64,000 nt of DNA from Raja brachyura (lineage: Eukaryota), in the NCBI GenBank assembly GCA_963514005.1, contig OY740790.1, positions 38,068,001 through 38,132,000 on the forward strand, read 5' to 3'. The notes beneath the pieces were generated by a model. That model saw only the letters and a list, made by a program, of their open reading frames with translations. It ran no database searches and had not been told where the DNA came from. Below, in pieces: positions 36,471 to 49,300 of this stretch. Every line of letters starts with the position of its first letter. Within the stretch, counting starts at the first letter, position 1. The position numbers were made by a program, and so were the translations under genes.

Positions 36471-38536
36471 AAATGAACAAAGCCAGAAGGCACATGGAAA
36501 TACCAATGTTATTATTTGCCCTTTTCGTCTCACACTTCATCCCTTCTGGTAAAGATATCACTGCGACTTCATGTCATTGGACTCAACATCCTAGAACTCG
36601 CATCATGTTCGCACTTCAAGGACTTAAAGTTCAAGATGGCAGCTCACTGCAACTTCTCAAATCCAGCAGGGGGAATGAATGTTCACTTTGCTCGTGATGC
36701 TGACACATCCTATTTCATCCTGGACCTCTAACATATACCCTGTGTTTACTCAGATTTTCTATTTGTTACAATGTTTTTTATCTAGCTTTTAGCCTAGTTC
36801 CCACTTTAAAACTAAATATGTGTACTCCAAAAGAGAGTTCAATTATGTTAAATTGAGCTGATACATTCATGTGCATTAACCTTAACCACATTATTTTTAA
36901 TTGAGACATTTTGCCAGAGGTTAGCAAGCCTGAGATGATTTTGAGCATTGCAGGAGTAGTTACTGAATAGGTGGTGCTTTCAATTTGGAAGTTGTTTCTT
37001 TTCCCGAAACTACAGTGTTTCAAGTTTCTGTTTTTGCCCAGGGCTCTGACAATAGCAGGAAGCCAGCTTTCAAACAGCCCCAACATGCAACGATTGCTTA
37101 GGAACTCGTGTCTGGGCTGCTATTACCAACTAATTCAGAGCTATCCGGTCGGTACGAGGCAGTTAGTAATCTTCCTCACTCGGTACAGCACTCTGACAGC
37201 AGGCAGAATGTTTGTGCTGGAAAGAACTGGCTTTTCAAATATTCCATATAACTAAATTGAATGGAGCCCCACAAGCTATATATTTCATTAGATCCCAGGG
37301 GAAGTGTGGGACACGGCTTCCTTCTGCTTAGCTGGTATTTAGCCAAGAACGTTCTCCAGGCCTAGTTTCTACAATAAGCTTGCCCTAAAAAAAATATTCC
37401 ACCAATCACCCAAAGGGCTATAAATTTGACATTTCCCACAGATCCTTTAAGGCAGTTATGTTGCTGTGTCAGCAGTATGTAGAAGATCAAGTGTTCTCTA
37501 TTGTTTAACAGAGAACAGTTGAAACTTTAGCAAAACCAAGTGTTTCCTTTCACTGTCTTCAAAGTTTAACTGAAGATGTGAAAAGCAGCAGAGATATTTT
37601 ACTAGATTTGTACTTGTGTTGTGACAACAAATAAACAAATTGTAAATCTTTTTGTTGAAAAATGTAAGCAGCAATTAATGTGTCAAGAGATTTATGCTGA
37701 ATATTTTGCCTCTTTTAAAATAAATTAACCTCCACTCTTCCACAAAATTAACTTCCTTGAAGGTATGAATGAGTTGTGGGTTTGGCTGCAAAAACGTGGA
37801 GTTGTTCTGGAAGGAATTACATCCTACAGGGCCGGGGCTTGCTGGCCATAAAGCAATGGAATTCATCCTACAAACACAGTGTCAAGTGGTTTGGAATAGA
37901 TTTTGGCTTAGCCACATGTTTCAGGTTCCCAGTACAGTGATGTTTCATTGGTTGAATATATAGGTTTCCGGATTAATATTGATATTCCACCACTAGATGA
38001 TCCTAGTATATTTAATAAACACCAGACTATAACTTGTGAAAGGGACATAGGAGTAGTTGATGATAATTGCACCAGTTTATTCTTAATTATTGCACTTCAA
38101 AACCAATGTTGTTTTCTTCAGAAGATGAGCAGGAAAGTCTAAATGGACCAATTTCACATTCCACATCTTGCAACGGGTAGACTATCCAAATGTCTTTGTA
38201 TTGATATTGGCATTGGGCATTTCTCCCAGTACCACTGACTTGTTCAAGTATAAAAATCTCCAACGTTGGAACAAGAGATTTGGCAAGATAATATTTTAAG
38301 CTTTTAAATAATGTTTAACTGTAATCATGCTTCTTCTTTGGATGCTGTTGATAATTAGAGCGGAAATCAGACTTTCTTTTCCCAGAATGAAATTGCATTT
38401 ATGTTTGTGCTCCAACTCATTTCTATGAGCACAAATATTCAAATCTATCCCGAGCATGCATAATTGGTAACATTTCAGAATACAATTATTTAGTTTTCCT
38501 TCCAGTAAAAAAAAGATATTCCTTGCATTGCTGGTG

Positions 38537-38858
38537 TAGTTTAGTTTCAGTTTAATTTAGAGATACGGAACATAAACAGGCCTTTCGGCCCACCGAGTCC
38601 ACACGGACCAGCGATCCCCGCACATTAACATTATTCTGCACACACTAGGGACAATTTACACACACACCACGCCAATTAACCTACATACCTGTACTCTTTG
38701 GAGTGTGGGAGGAAACTGAAGATCTCGGCGAAAACCCACGCAGTCACAGGGAAAATGAACAAATTCGATACAGACAGCACCCATAGTCAGGATCAAACCC
38801 GGATCTGCAGCGCTTCAAGTGCTGTAAAGCAGCAACTCTACCACTGTGTAACCGTGGC
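38537..38858 (-). mobile_element. HE1-like tRNA-derived V-SINE
   Basis: Close reverse complement of 24115-24434. Confidence 0.93.
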
Positions 38859-39045
38859 TATAGTTAATTTAATATAACTAAAAAATACTTTGTGCACTAA
38901 AGTGAATATTTTTATTTAGCATGTGGTCCAGTTTATTGTTATATGTATGTTTTCAGAATCTGGACATCAATGGCAGATTATTTATTGCATATCTCTAAAT
39001 ATTCTTAATCAAGTGGTAAAATCTTCCATCACAATCCTTTTCATC

Positions 39046-40280
39046 TTATCCACAGATGGCATTACCTTTGTTACATGCCAATTTTAACTCCTGCTGCAAC
39101 TTGCACCCTATATCCAGGCTACTGTTTCGGGGCCTGTAGATAAATCCCATTAGTGTCTTCTTACCTTTACAATTCCTCAATTCTATCCACAGTGACTGTA
39201 CATCATCAGTCCCTATGTCACCCCCCTCAAGGGACTGAATTTCATCCCGCACCAACAGAGCTACCCCACCTCCTCTGCCCACCTGCCTGCCCTTTCTTCC
39301 GGCCGTATAACCCTGAATATTCAGTTCCCGGTCCCGATCTTCCTGCAGCCATGTCTCTGTAATCCCCACAATATCATATCTACCAATCTCCAAGTGAGCT
39401 TCAAGCTCATCAACTTTACTTCTTATACTTTGCGTGTTCTTATATAATACTTATGATCCATTGCTCACTTCACCTTTCACATCAATTCCTATTTTACTTG
39501 GCCATACTCTTCTATCCCTTCGTGAGCTTTCTGCCCCGTTAATTCTGGTGTCTTTCTTAATTTTTCCTATCCTCTCTTTCCCTTTAACTCCATCCTTGTA
39601 TTTCCAATTTGTCTCCTACCCCCCCACTATTTTGTTTAAACCCACCCGTATAGCAGTGGCAAACCTGCTTGCCAGAATGCTGGTCCCCTGCCTGATAAGG
39701 TGCAACCCGTCCATTTGTACAATTCACTCTTACCCCAAAACCGATCCCAGTGGTCTAAGAATCTAAATCCCTGCCCCCTTTACCAGCTCCTCAGCCACAC
39801 ATTCAGATCCCCTATCTCCCTGTTTCTGCCCTCACCAGCACGAGGAACTGGAAGCAAATGGGAGATAACCACCCTGGAGGACTTCTTTTCAGCCTTCTTC
39901 TGAACTCTATAAAGTCACGCTGCAGAATCCCTTTCCTCTTCTTCCCGACGTCATTTGTGCCGACATGCACTACCACTTCTGGATGCTCACCTTCACCCTT
40001 GAGGATGCTCTGCAATCGATCCATGACATCCTGAATCCTGGCACCAGGGAGGCAACACACCATCCTTGAATCCCGCCTGTTGCCACAGAAACCCTTGTCT
40101 GTACCTCTAATGATGGATTTCCCGACTACCACGGCTCTGCTGACATCTGTCCGTTCGGTTTTGCTTCGGCGCCACATTTTGACTCGCAGACGTGTCCGCT
40201 GCTCAGAATGGCAGTGTCTTCTGTCTCGACAGCTTCCAAGAGGGTGAACCTGTATTCAAGACGTATGAGGTTGTCACGAG
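39046..40280 (-). mobile_element. CR1 LINE 5' portion: ORF1 SGNH/GDSL esterase domain plus ORF2 APE endonuclease start
   Basis: 39812-40177: VVVGKSIIR..VCCLPGARIQDV..VVVHVGTNDV (esterase blocks). 39046-39393: DIVGITETWL..GRGGGVALLV..YRP.N (APE). Confidence 0.92.
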
Positions 40281-41039
40281 GACTTGCATGATTCCTGCCA
40301 GGACCTTGCCCAATGTTTTGCACTTCCTGAAACTATAGGAGCCAAATACAGGCAAATGGGATTAGTTTATGATGGTTCCTTGGTCAGCATGGAAGGGACT
40401 GTTTCTGTGCAATACAACTCTATGCCTGCATGATATTTCTGCTCGGTGTTCAGAGAGAATCAGTAGCTCTTAAAGGCACATTCCCTGTGACATGCCACAG
40501 GAGAATTCACTCAAGGGGATATTCAAGTTCTGGACACCAAGCCTCATGCCTTGAGGGGATGCCAGTGGGGAGAGGTGGGGTAGGGGGTGGGAAAGAGACA
40601 TTCAGAAGATCCACCAGGCATAAAATAAGTCTGGAAGGAGGTAATATGTCAAAGGGACTCAAGCACTGCTTTTTACATTTAGACAATGGAGATTGTCACA
40701 GAAAATGTACTTTGTGTGGAAGTCCTGTGTGTAGTTCTTTTGGCAACGTGCCCTTCATCATGAAATAGGCAACAGTTGTACCAAGCCAACAAAATAACAA
40801 ATGATTTATTCACTAATATGTTATTTTAACCATAGATGGTTCTTCACGTCAGGATTCAAGGGATTGCATAAATTACCTGAACTAACCTTAGTTGTACTGT
40901 CTTGGTGATAATAATTGAAATGTGGAAATGGCCACTTGATTTACATTGTGGAATTTTATTTCACAGGCTTCTTATACAAATCGCCTCTCGGTTCACGCGC
41001 CCCATATTTTTTAATTTAGTTTAGTTGTCCTGCTGGTCT

Positions 41040-41490
41040 CTGTCACCTCTGCTGAGTTGGGAGACAAGATTGGGAGTGATGACCAATATTAATCTGCAAC
41101 TGCCTTCCTCTTCCTCCATCTCCTGTTCCACATCATGGTCCTCAGGCTTTGTAGTTTCTTGTACTGCAGGCCGCTGTCTTCATTTGAAAATGTCTGCAGT
41201 ATGCAGCAGATTACAAAGTCGTTTTGGTCAAACGTTGCTGGTCACCTGTAAGCTGATGCAGGCAAAATAATTGCACCTTCAGACGAAGCAGGATGTGTTC
41301 AACTCGGATATGCCTACTTGCATTGCCTTTGTTGTATCTGTGCTCAACTGCTGCTGTTGGAGAGCAGACTGGCTCTTGCCGCTCAACACTCATCCCTCTG
41401 CGTGGCACTAAAAATGCCCAGCACTCTCCCAAGATGAGGTACTTTCTGGATGACATTCACTCTGAGTAAGTTCTTGCAGCGATTGTCCAT
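41040..41490 (-). pseudogene. Fossil PIF/Harbinger (HARBI1-like) DDE transposase C-terminal region
   Basis: YLILGEC..PTAAVEHRYNKGNASRHIRVEHILLRLKVQLFCLH..TG, then frameshifted VICCILQ and an acidic tail PEDHDVEQEMEEEEG. This parallels the LLGD..E.RYN..H..TR..VE..G.LK.RF.CL..ACC.LHN layout. Confidence 0.65.
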
Positions 41491-41495
41491 TCCCA

Positions 41496-41580
41496 CCACA
41501 GATACTGCCTGACCCACTGAGTGTCTCCAGCACTTTGTAGTTTGCTCAAGATTCCATTATCTGCATTTGCTTGTGTCTCT
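41496..41580 (+). mobile_element. Penelope-derived short element 3' part (no hammerhead core)
   Basis: cagatactgcctgacccactgagtgtctccagcactttg..gattcca..atctgca. Confidence 0.7.
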
Positions 41581-41909
41581 CTTTTTTGATCCATGATGGG
41601 GAAAGGTCTACCTGCAGCATATAACATATCTTAGTGAGAGGAGTTTTAGAAAAACTGAGCCTACAAATACATTATTTATTACAGAGGTCCAGATAGAAGC
41701 TCTAAAGCCTCTCTGGGAGTATGTTCTTAACTGATGGCATGTCGTTGTTCCTTGCCCAGAAGTAGTCACCTCAACCTGCATGGCCAGTCATCAACAAACA
41801 AGTCCTGGCAGAGGTGTGACCATTAATGCATTAATTAAATTAGTTTATTGGCAGTTAAATGCTGAAAGAAAATACACATATCTGTTGTAGCACTGTCTGT
41901 TATAGGAAT

Positions 41910-42110
41910 CTGCAGAATTCTTTGCCACAGAAGGCTGTGGAGGTCAAGTCAGTGGATATATTTAAGGCAGAGATAGATAGATTCTTGATTAGTATGGATG
42001 TCAGAGGTTATGGGGAGAAGGCAGGAGAATGGGGTTAGGAGGGAGAGATAGATCAGCCATGATTGAATGGTGGAGAAGCCTTGATGGGCCTAATGGCCTA
42101 ATTCTGCTCT
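41910..42110 (+). mobile_element. HER1/CR1 LINE 3' end
   Basis: gaattctttgccacagaaggctgtggagg..gatcagccatgattgaatgg. Confidence 0.9.
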
Positions 42111-42338
42111 GTAGACCTTGAAGATTTTTGCTGAGTGTTCTGTTGTGCTCAGTCAGGTCTCTGGATGTCAGCAGTTTGTAATTTTAAATTGCAGGATAGC
42201 AACAGAGTGACATGATGACATGCTCGTTCCACTAACAATGTTCCACATCAGGTTGGTGTGTGGGGCGTTCGCTTCAGTTTATTTGGGGACAGGCAGAAAT
42301 ACGTGTTGCACAAATAATGATATTATTTGACTGGTGCT

Positions 42339-42856
42339 TAGGGTTGCCAACTTTCTCACTCTCAAATAAAGGATAAATGGCCAAAATAAGGGACAAATTC
42401 CCAATGGTGATTCGTTGACCAACTCAGCCATGATTGGATGAATGATGAGTTGGCCCGGGTACTGGACTGCACACAAAGCCAAGCATGCAGGCCAGCTGAG
42501 GAATTTTGGCCTACGAGATGTCGCTCAAGTTCGGCACCCCATCCAACTCATCAACTGATGATCGGCCATGAGAAGGAGGGGTGGTGGTGTCGGCAGTAAG
42601 CGAAGGACCGAAGGTCGAACAGCTGGCCGGGTTGCCGACCAACGGGGCCATGGGCAAGGCGCAGCTGCTGCACTCCATGCGCTGCACTACGTCGGGACGG
42701 GTGAGGCGGGGCCGGACGCGACGCTCTGACCCGATAGTCCTCTTGATCCGAAGTAGTAGCAGTCAAATACGGGACAAGGGCGGTCCCATATGGGGCAAAC
42801 CAAGTTAGCCCAATATATGGGATGTCCCGGCTAATACGGGACAGTTGGCAATCCTA
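42339..42856. mobile_element. hAT-type (Blackjack-like) non-autonomous DNA transposon
   Basis: TIRs tagggttgccaac / gttggcaatccta. 8-bp flanks ctggtgct / gtggtgcc. Repeated subterminal gggaca motifs. Confidence 0.85.
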
Positions 42857-44416
42857 GTGGTGCCTTACACCAGGATAATGTCAGGCGCGCACATACAGAA
42901 AAGCACACAGAAGCACCGGTCCAACTTATTGATTGACACAATGTAACCTGGAAATGATCTTTCTCTCAGTTCACTTCAAATGAAGCTGAAATTAGATTGC
43001 TTTGCACTTAAAAAATGGTTGCCATGTGATCTATTTTCTCAGCTCATACACTATAGTATTTATATCTGTTGTTTTAATTAATATTGCTTGAAATAGCATT
43101 ATTTATTCCCTAATATCCCACTGGCAGTCAGGAGAGGTACAATGCAGCATTGTGTTAATGTTAACCTTAGTGCAGTAATGACAGTTTCACAGCTGTTTTA
43201 GAACATGTGTGTTTAGGTTGCAATGTGTTAAAGACACCAGTGGCACTTGTCATAATGAAGAATGAATCTTTCAACATGTTGTGGCTGAAAAGGCTGAGTA
43301 AAGTGGTTTATGGCAGGATTGTTTGTCCCACAGACCATGGGGTTAATTAGAGGTTACCATTGCCTCACCCCTTCCCTTGTCTCCTCCCCCAGCTTGGAGC
43401 GCAACAGGACTCCGAGCAGTCAGTCTGCAGTCATGACTTTGACCTACAGCTGACAGATGATACTACATAGAAAAATATAAGTTTAGTTTACCCTTAGTGC
43501 ATCTCCGTACATACTAAAAAATTTTCATCATTCAGGAATTGGATGCATATTATATGTTGTTTATTTAAACATGATTTTTGATTATACAAATGTGTGCACT
43601 TCGGCTAGCATACATAATGTGAAATCATGTGAGAAAACTTCTTTAAAGTTGTTTATTCTTTCTGTTTGAGGCATATTTGATTTCTTCTATAACGTTTCCT
43701 AATTCTGCGCATTGACTTTCATTGATGTATACAGATGTAGATTATTACAATCAGATGTTTATATGTTGGTGTCGCTTGAAATATGTGGACGTAGACGTTG
43801 ATATAAGTAAGTACAGTATTAGATGGCTGGTGGCGCCTCATTTGGGAGCCTCTTGACTGTTTAATTTTGCAGAATAACTTGCTTTGGAAACTCAACTCAG
43901 AGAACCACCAATAGCCACCAAGAAAATTCAAAGTTTTTCTGCATGTTCTTGCAATATTTAAATAGTTTTAGTTTCAGAAATGTTGAAATAAAGAGCAAAT
44001 ATTTCATAGAGTACCTTTGATGCATTTACTAACTTCAGTAAAATGTTTTGTGAAAACGCTGATTTGAGAGCATTGTCCTCTTTGAACCTGTTGAATTGCG
44101 GTTTTACTTGGTTAGGTTCTTGCGCCTCATGGAGACAATTCTCATGTGGTTCTGTTTGGGGAGATTTGACTGTTATCCGTCTTTAAGAATGTTACAGTGC
44201 AATAATGTTTGCACGTTAGTAATATTAATCACTTGTAGATATTAAATAAAATTAATCCTTATTTAGTGGCATTTGGAATTAACTATTTGATGACTGCAGG
44301 GATCCATTTATTTAGATCAAGGGTTATTTTGCTACAGTCTAAAACCCTGATGGTCATGGTAATACTCTTTCACTGTCTTCCGTGCAAAAGGAAAGTTGAG
44401 AAGTTCTTCAGCTTTA

Positions 44417-44671
44417 AGGGCCTGTCCCACTTGGGCATCATTTGCGTGTCACGCAGACGGCGCGCAAAGATTTTGTACATCCCAAAATCCTGGGGCGCTG
44501 CGTGCAACCGCGCGTCACCGCCTACGTCACCACGCACCATGCGCACATAATGCACACCATATGCTCGTAATGCACACCATGCGCGCGTCGTGCATCGTGA
44601 TGAGTAAATTATGTTGCGTAAATGATATGTAAATTATGTTGCGTAAATGACGCCCAAGTGGGACAGGCCCT
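44417..44671. mobile_element. PIF/Harbinger-type MITE
   Basis: ~30-bp TIRs agggcctgtcccacttggg. Perfect tta TSD (44414-44416, 44672-44674). Internal 22-bp duplication gtaaattatgttgcgtaaatga. Confidence 0.9.
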
Positions 44672-46879
44672 TTAAATTACTGAAGGGGAGATTTTGCACC
44701 TAGACTAGAATTTAAAGGCACAAAAATATCATGGTCATAATATGTTTCAAATTTACTTTTCATTATTTATACTATAAACTATAGTATAATGAACTATAAA
44801 AGGAAGCATTTTTAGTTACATCTTTATCTCCAATTCCTGAGTCTACTCATCTTCCCAAAGGGACTAAGCCTTCTAATGGTTCATGATGACAATTTCAATC
44901 ACTGCTCTTTGGAGCTTTAATTGAACTTAAGTTTTCTTTTAGGAAGGGAATTCATAGCCAAAAGAATAAGAAAGTTGACTCAGCTTCAGCACCATCTACA
45001 AATGCTGAATGTTCTCCGAAGCTTGCAATGGCAAGTTAAGTGCAGAGTACAGAGGATGGAGTCCCCAGAGACCTACAGACCGAACTTCCTTCCTTGTATA
45101 AAGCTAAAACTATAGAGCTAAAAAGCACACATACAAATCCACCACCATATAATGCTGCTCATAATTCCCATTTTTTGCTTTTTACAAGTGAAGGTTGTGA
45201 TAAATATATCTCTCTCCCACTTTAAGTCTCACCACTACTCCCCTTTATATTTGGAATTTTCAGCTTCTCGCTCAGAGTAGTCACCTGTATGCTAACCGAA
45301 AAGTCTACATCCTATTATGCCACTGAGGTAGCCAGTAGCCACATGGATGGAACTACTCCCAAGGCTGTGCAGCTTGTGTTTTCATTTTCACTGAAGATTA
45401 ATTGACCATGACCATAATGATCTATCTATCACCTGCTATTGCCCCTGTTCCTCCACTCTATCCTCTGAATCTCATTCTCCTCCTTTTCATTTATTCCCTC
45501 CTCAATGAAGAAGAAGATTCTCTGACCCTTCTACACCTGCCCAATCAATTTCTACTTCACACCTTGCCAGCACCTGCTTTGATCTTACTTGCTCTGCCCA
45601 TCTATTGGTGTTGGAACTTTTCTTGATCATTTCTGCAGTCCTACTGGAGCTGACTACTGGGCTTTATCGTTGCTGCACCCCAATAACTATTGTGTAAGAG
45701 TGATTGGTTAAGAATTAATCTTTATGAAAAGTGATGAAGATATCCAACAGCATAGTGTGCACAATGACAATGCTCAAGCACTGATTCAATTTAGTGTTTT
45801 TACTACATGTCTGGAGTACTGGAACCATTATTTATTGCAGGAGGTTATTTTATTGGTTTGGTAGAACCAACTCTCTCACTGGTAAATTTCCCGAAGCCTG
45901 TCTGTAGCCACAAACGCCATTGATAATTACAATAAATTTACTGTTTTAAATCCACTAGTTTATTAAAAGTTATTACAATCACCTTCAAGAAATGTGTTGG
46001 ATTCTTTATAACATTTAAGAAATGCCAAACTAACTTTAGTCCAAAAATCACAGATGCTCTCAACAGTTGGACATACAACAAACCTCAAAATGTTACACTT
46101 TTAATAGGAGTATTTTGCGTTATTTGAACAACTAGGTTTGAGAAATAAGATGTGAGTAAGTGAACCTAATGGGAGAGACATTTGCCTTTTTCTCAAAGCC
46201 ACGGACGGAATTGCTTGGTAGAATTTACTGAGATCTTGTTTGGTTTATGACAGATGTTAACGATTTTCCTCTCCCTCTCCCACCCCTCCTCACGTGCAAT
46301 AACTTTGGATATTGATGCGATTAGACCATAACAACTCTATAAAGCTATAACTCATTTCACATCAGACAGGCAGTATGTTTTTAGAAGATCAGAAGGGTGG
46401 GCAGTGTGTGAAATTCTTGATGTTTGAGTCGAGGCCCCTTATTGAAACTAATTTGCGGAAATTCATCTGTTGACACTACTGCATACTGATACTAAACTAA
46501 CAATATAGGAAGCCATTCCGCTCCCCAGCTCTGAAGTGTTCATTTTAGTGTGCACAAAGTTCAAACTCTGCTCCAAAACCTAAAAAAAAACATCTGGGAG
46601 TTTACAGCCCCACATTGACTAACATCATCAGCAGCTCCAATTCAGTACTTGGGAGATCATACATGTTACAATTTAAATTCTAAATTTCAGTATCTTGGTT
46701 CTGTAGCTTGAAATATTTTTTTTGGGGAAAAATAATCGCTGTTTGGAACAAGTGCCTCCCCTTGCCATTTTCTTCAACTTGCCAACTGTTTCCTTCAAAT
46801 GAAGAGATTTCTGTATGGACGTGGAAGAGATTTAAAATAAATGTGGAAATCATTGAGTAATTTTAGTTAAACAAGCAAA

Positions 46880-47067
46880 TGCAGATTCAGATTTACAAAA
46901 AAAGACACAAAGTGCTGGAGCACCTCAACAGGTCAGGCAGGATCTCTGGAGAATGTGGATAGGTGACGTTTCGGGCCGGGATCATCTAAAGAAGGGTCCC
47001 GACCCAAACGTCACTAATCCATGTTCACTAGAAATGCTGCCTGACCCGCTGAGTTACTCCAGCACTT
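46880..47067. mobile_element. Head-to-head palindromic dimer of the hammerhead-bearing element
   Basis: aagtgctggag..gtgacgtttcgggccggga | ctaaagaagggtcccgacccaaacgtcac..ctccagcactt. Confidence 0.85.
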
Positions 47068-47754
47068 GAGTAGTTTTGGTTATTGAGAAAAGATATGAGA
47101 AGAGGAAAATGCTACATAAGGTATGTGGAAAAATGACAGGTTATTTTTACTTCTGAAGCTATAGGTAATGGAATGTGATATGTTTGTAACCTTATTCTGT
47201 TGAAATAGGGATCCTCTGTGGGATCATTTTAGAATCGCTGTTGGACAGAACATTCTTGGCCCAGGCAGTGCTTGGACTGCACGTAACCTGCACGTCAAGA
47301 CCACAGTTACCATTTTCTGTCTTGGGGGATCTAATCACAATCAGGACGTTGCTTCAGGTGGTGGATCCGAAGCTACTGCTGAGTGCTACCCCAATAGTCT
47401 TCTGACAGCTTGTGCTAACTGTCTCTGTATATCTGATAGAAACAGTTTAACTACATTTAAATTATCTAAAAAAGGGAATCATTCTAGCGTTTAAAGGCAC
47501 ATCTTGCCTAAAGTTGATTTAAATTGAAATTAAGAAAAAAACAAACCACCTACTTTGTTATCCAGCTTGAATGGGATTGTGCTAATTATGACAGCCGTAG
47601 CTAGCAAGAAGATGTGGGATCAGATACAATGATGGCCAATGGGACTGAGCTCCACCCCTGGGCTAGCATCTAATATCTGTTGCATCTGTACTTCTGTCTT
47701 GTAATGCCAAAGACATGCCAGTTACCTAGAGCTGGATGGACTGCTGTTGCATAC

Positions 47755-48250
47755 AGAATGGTCCAGAGGAGGTTTACAAGAATGATTTCAGGAATTAGTT
47801 GGTTAACACATGATGTGCGCTTGACAAAACTGGGCCTCTACTCGCTGGAGTTTAGAAGATTGAGGGGGGACTTCATTGAAACTTAGAGAATAATAAAAGG
47901 CATAGATTGAGTGGATGTCGAAAGGATGTTTCCACTGGTGGGAGAGTCTAGGACCAGGGGTCATAGCGTCAGAATTAATGGACACTCTCTTAGAAAGGAG
48001 GCGAGGAGAAACTTCTTTAGTCAGAGGGTAGCTAATCTGTTGTACTCATTGCCACAGTGGGCTGTGGAGGCCAAGTCAGTGGATATTTTTTAAGGCAGAG
48101 ATAAACAATTCTTGATCAAAATGAGTGTCAAGGGTTTTGGGGAGATGGAAAGAAAATGGGATTTGGAGGCAGAGATCAGCCATGATTGAATGGTGGAGTA
48201 GACTCAATGGTCAGAATGACCTAATTCTACTATAACTTGTGAACTTGTGA
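47755..48250 (+). mobile_element. HER1/CR1 LINE 3' end
   Basis: VQRRFTRMI..LGLYSLEFRRLRGDFIET and RMFPLVGESRTRGHS..RRNFFSQRV. Confidence 0.92.
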
Positions 48251-49280
48251 CCCACAGTGCAGTATGATCTGACCTTGTGCCTCTTGCAAATGTACACATG
48301 ATGGTTTCAGAAAACTGCACACGCTTGTTTATGCTGGAATTGTGCTGCCAGTCAAATTTGTTTTGGCAGAGGTGCATAGAAGAATCTGGTGTAACCTTTT
48401 CCTCCCTTGTGGTTACTGGAAGCAATGTGGTGTTGCATGGTATGCTAAAATGTGAAGAGGAGAATATTTGGAAGCAGCAGATCTGCAGATGAATGCAGTT
48501 GGCATTTTGTTATGCACTGTATTTCATTAATTTTATATTTCCTTAAATCTTTGGACACAATCCTTTGCATTTGGACACAACTCTTTTGGTTGCTGCCGTT
48601 AAGTAGTTTATTGCAACCTGCATATTGAAGATTTCTGTATGCTCACCTGTATTTCTACTTAGACAGTCATACTCCCTTTCTTGTGCTTTTTTATGATTCA
48701 TCGGAGATAGTTCTGATGAATCTCATGCATGTGTTTTCTTCAAATCAAGGACATGCTGTCTGAGACCAGTATAGCCCTACTCCAAGAATTAGGCACAAGG
48801 GTTTTGGTGCTATTGGAAATGAGAAAAGCAGCTGTGGAACACATACCTGTCCCATTACATGATGAGTAACTGCTTCAGAAAGCTATTTAAGTGATTATTT
48901 CATTGAATCTAAAATGGTTTCAACTGAAAAACCTTATGGCTTACTGTGAAAGCACAAAGATTTTAACATCCTTTATTAATTTCAAAATACCTTCCAAATA
49001 ACACAGTTTTCTTGAAAACATCCCTTCCCATTTTCATTTAGTTTAATTGCTTAGATGTTTTTGTGAACTTTATAATTTTTTTAAATAAATGACCTTGGGC
49101 TCCTGCAGTAAAATTATGCTGGTACTTTATGCTCCTCATTTAATAATGCAAGGTTTAACTCACTGTTGTGAAGTCACACAGATAGGATAAGCTATGTGTT
49201 ATACCTGTAATTAAAAGAAGATTCTAAAATCCAATCTTCCCCACCCCCCACCTCTCAGAGGTGCAAATGCCACTTTTGTG

Positions 49281-49300
49281 CACTGCTCCATCTAGTGGGC
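49281..49300 (-). promoter_or_regulatory. Candidate CTCF site
   Basis: Reverse complement gcccactagatggagcagtg resembles CCACTAGRKGGC. Lies in non-repeat sequence. Confidence 0.35.

Noticed and set aside
44195-44207. cagtgcaataatg, miR-130-family-like start
   Set aside because: Diverges after 13 nt and no complementary arm is seen.
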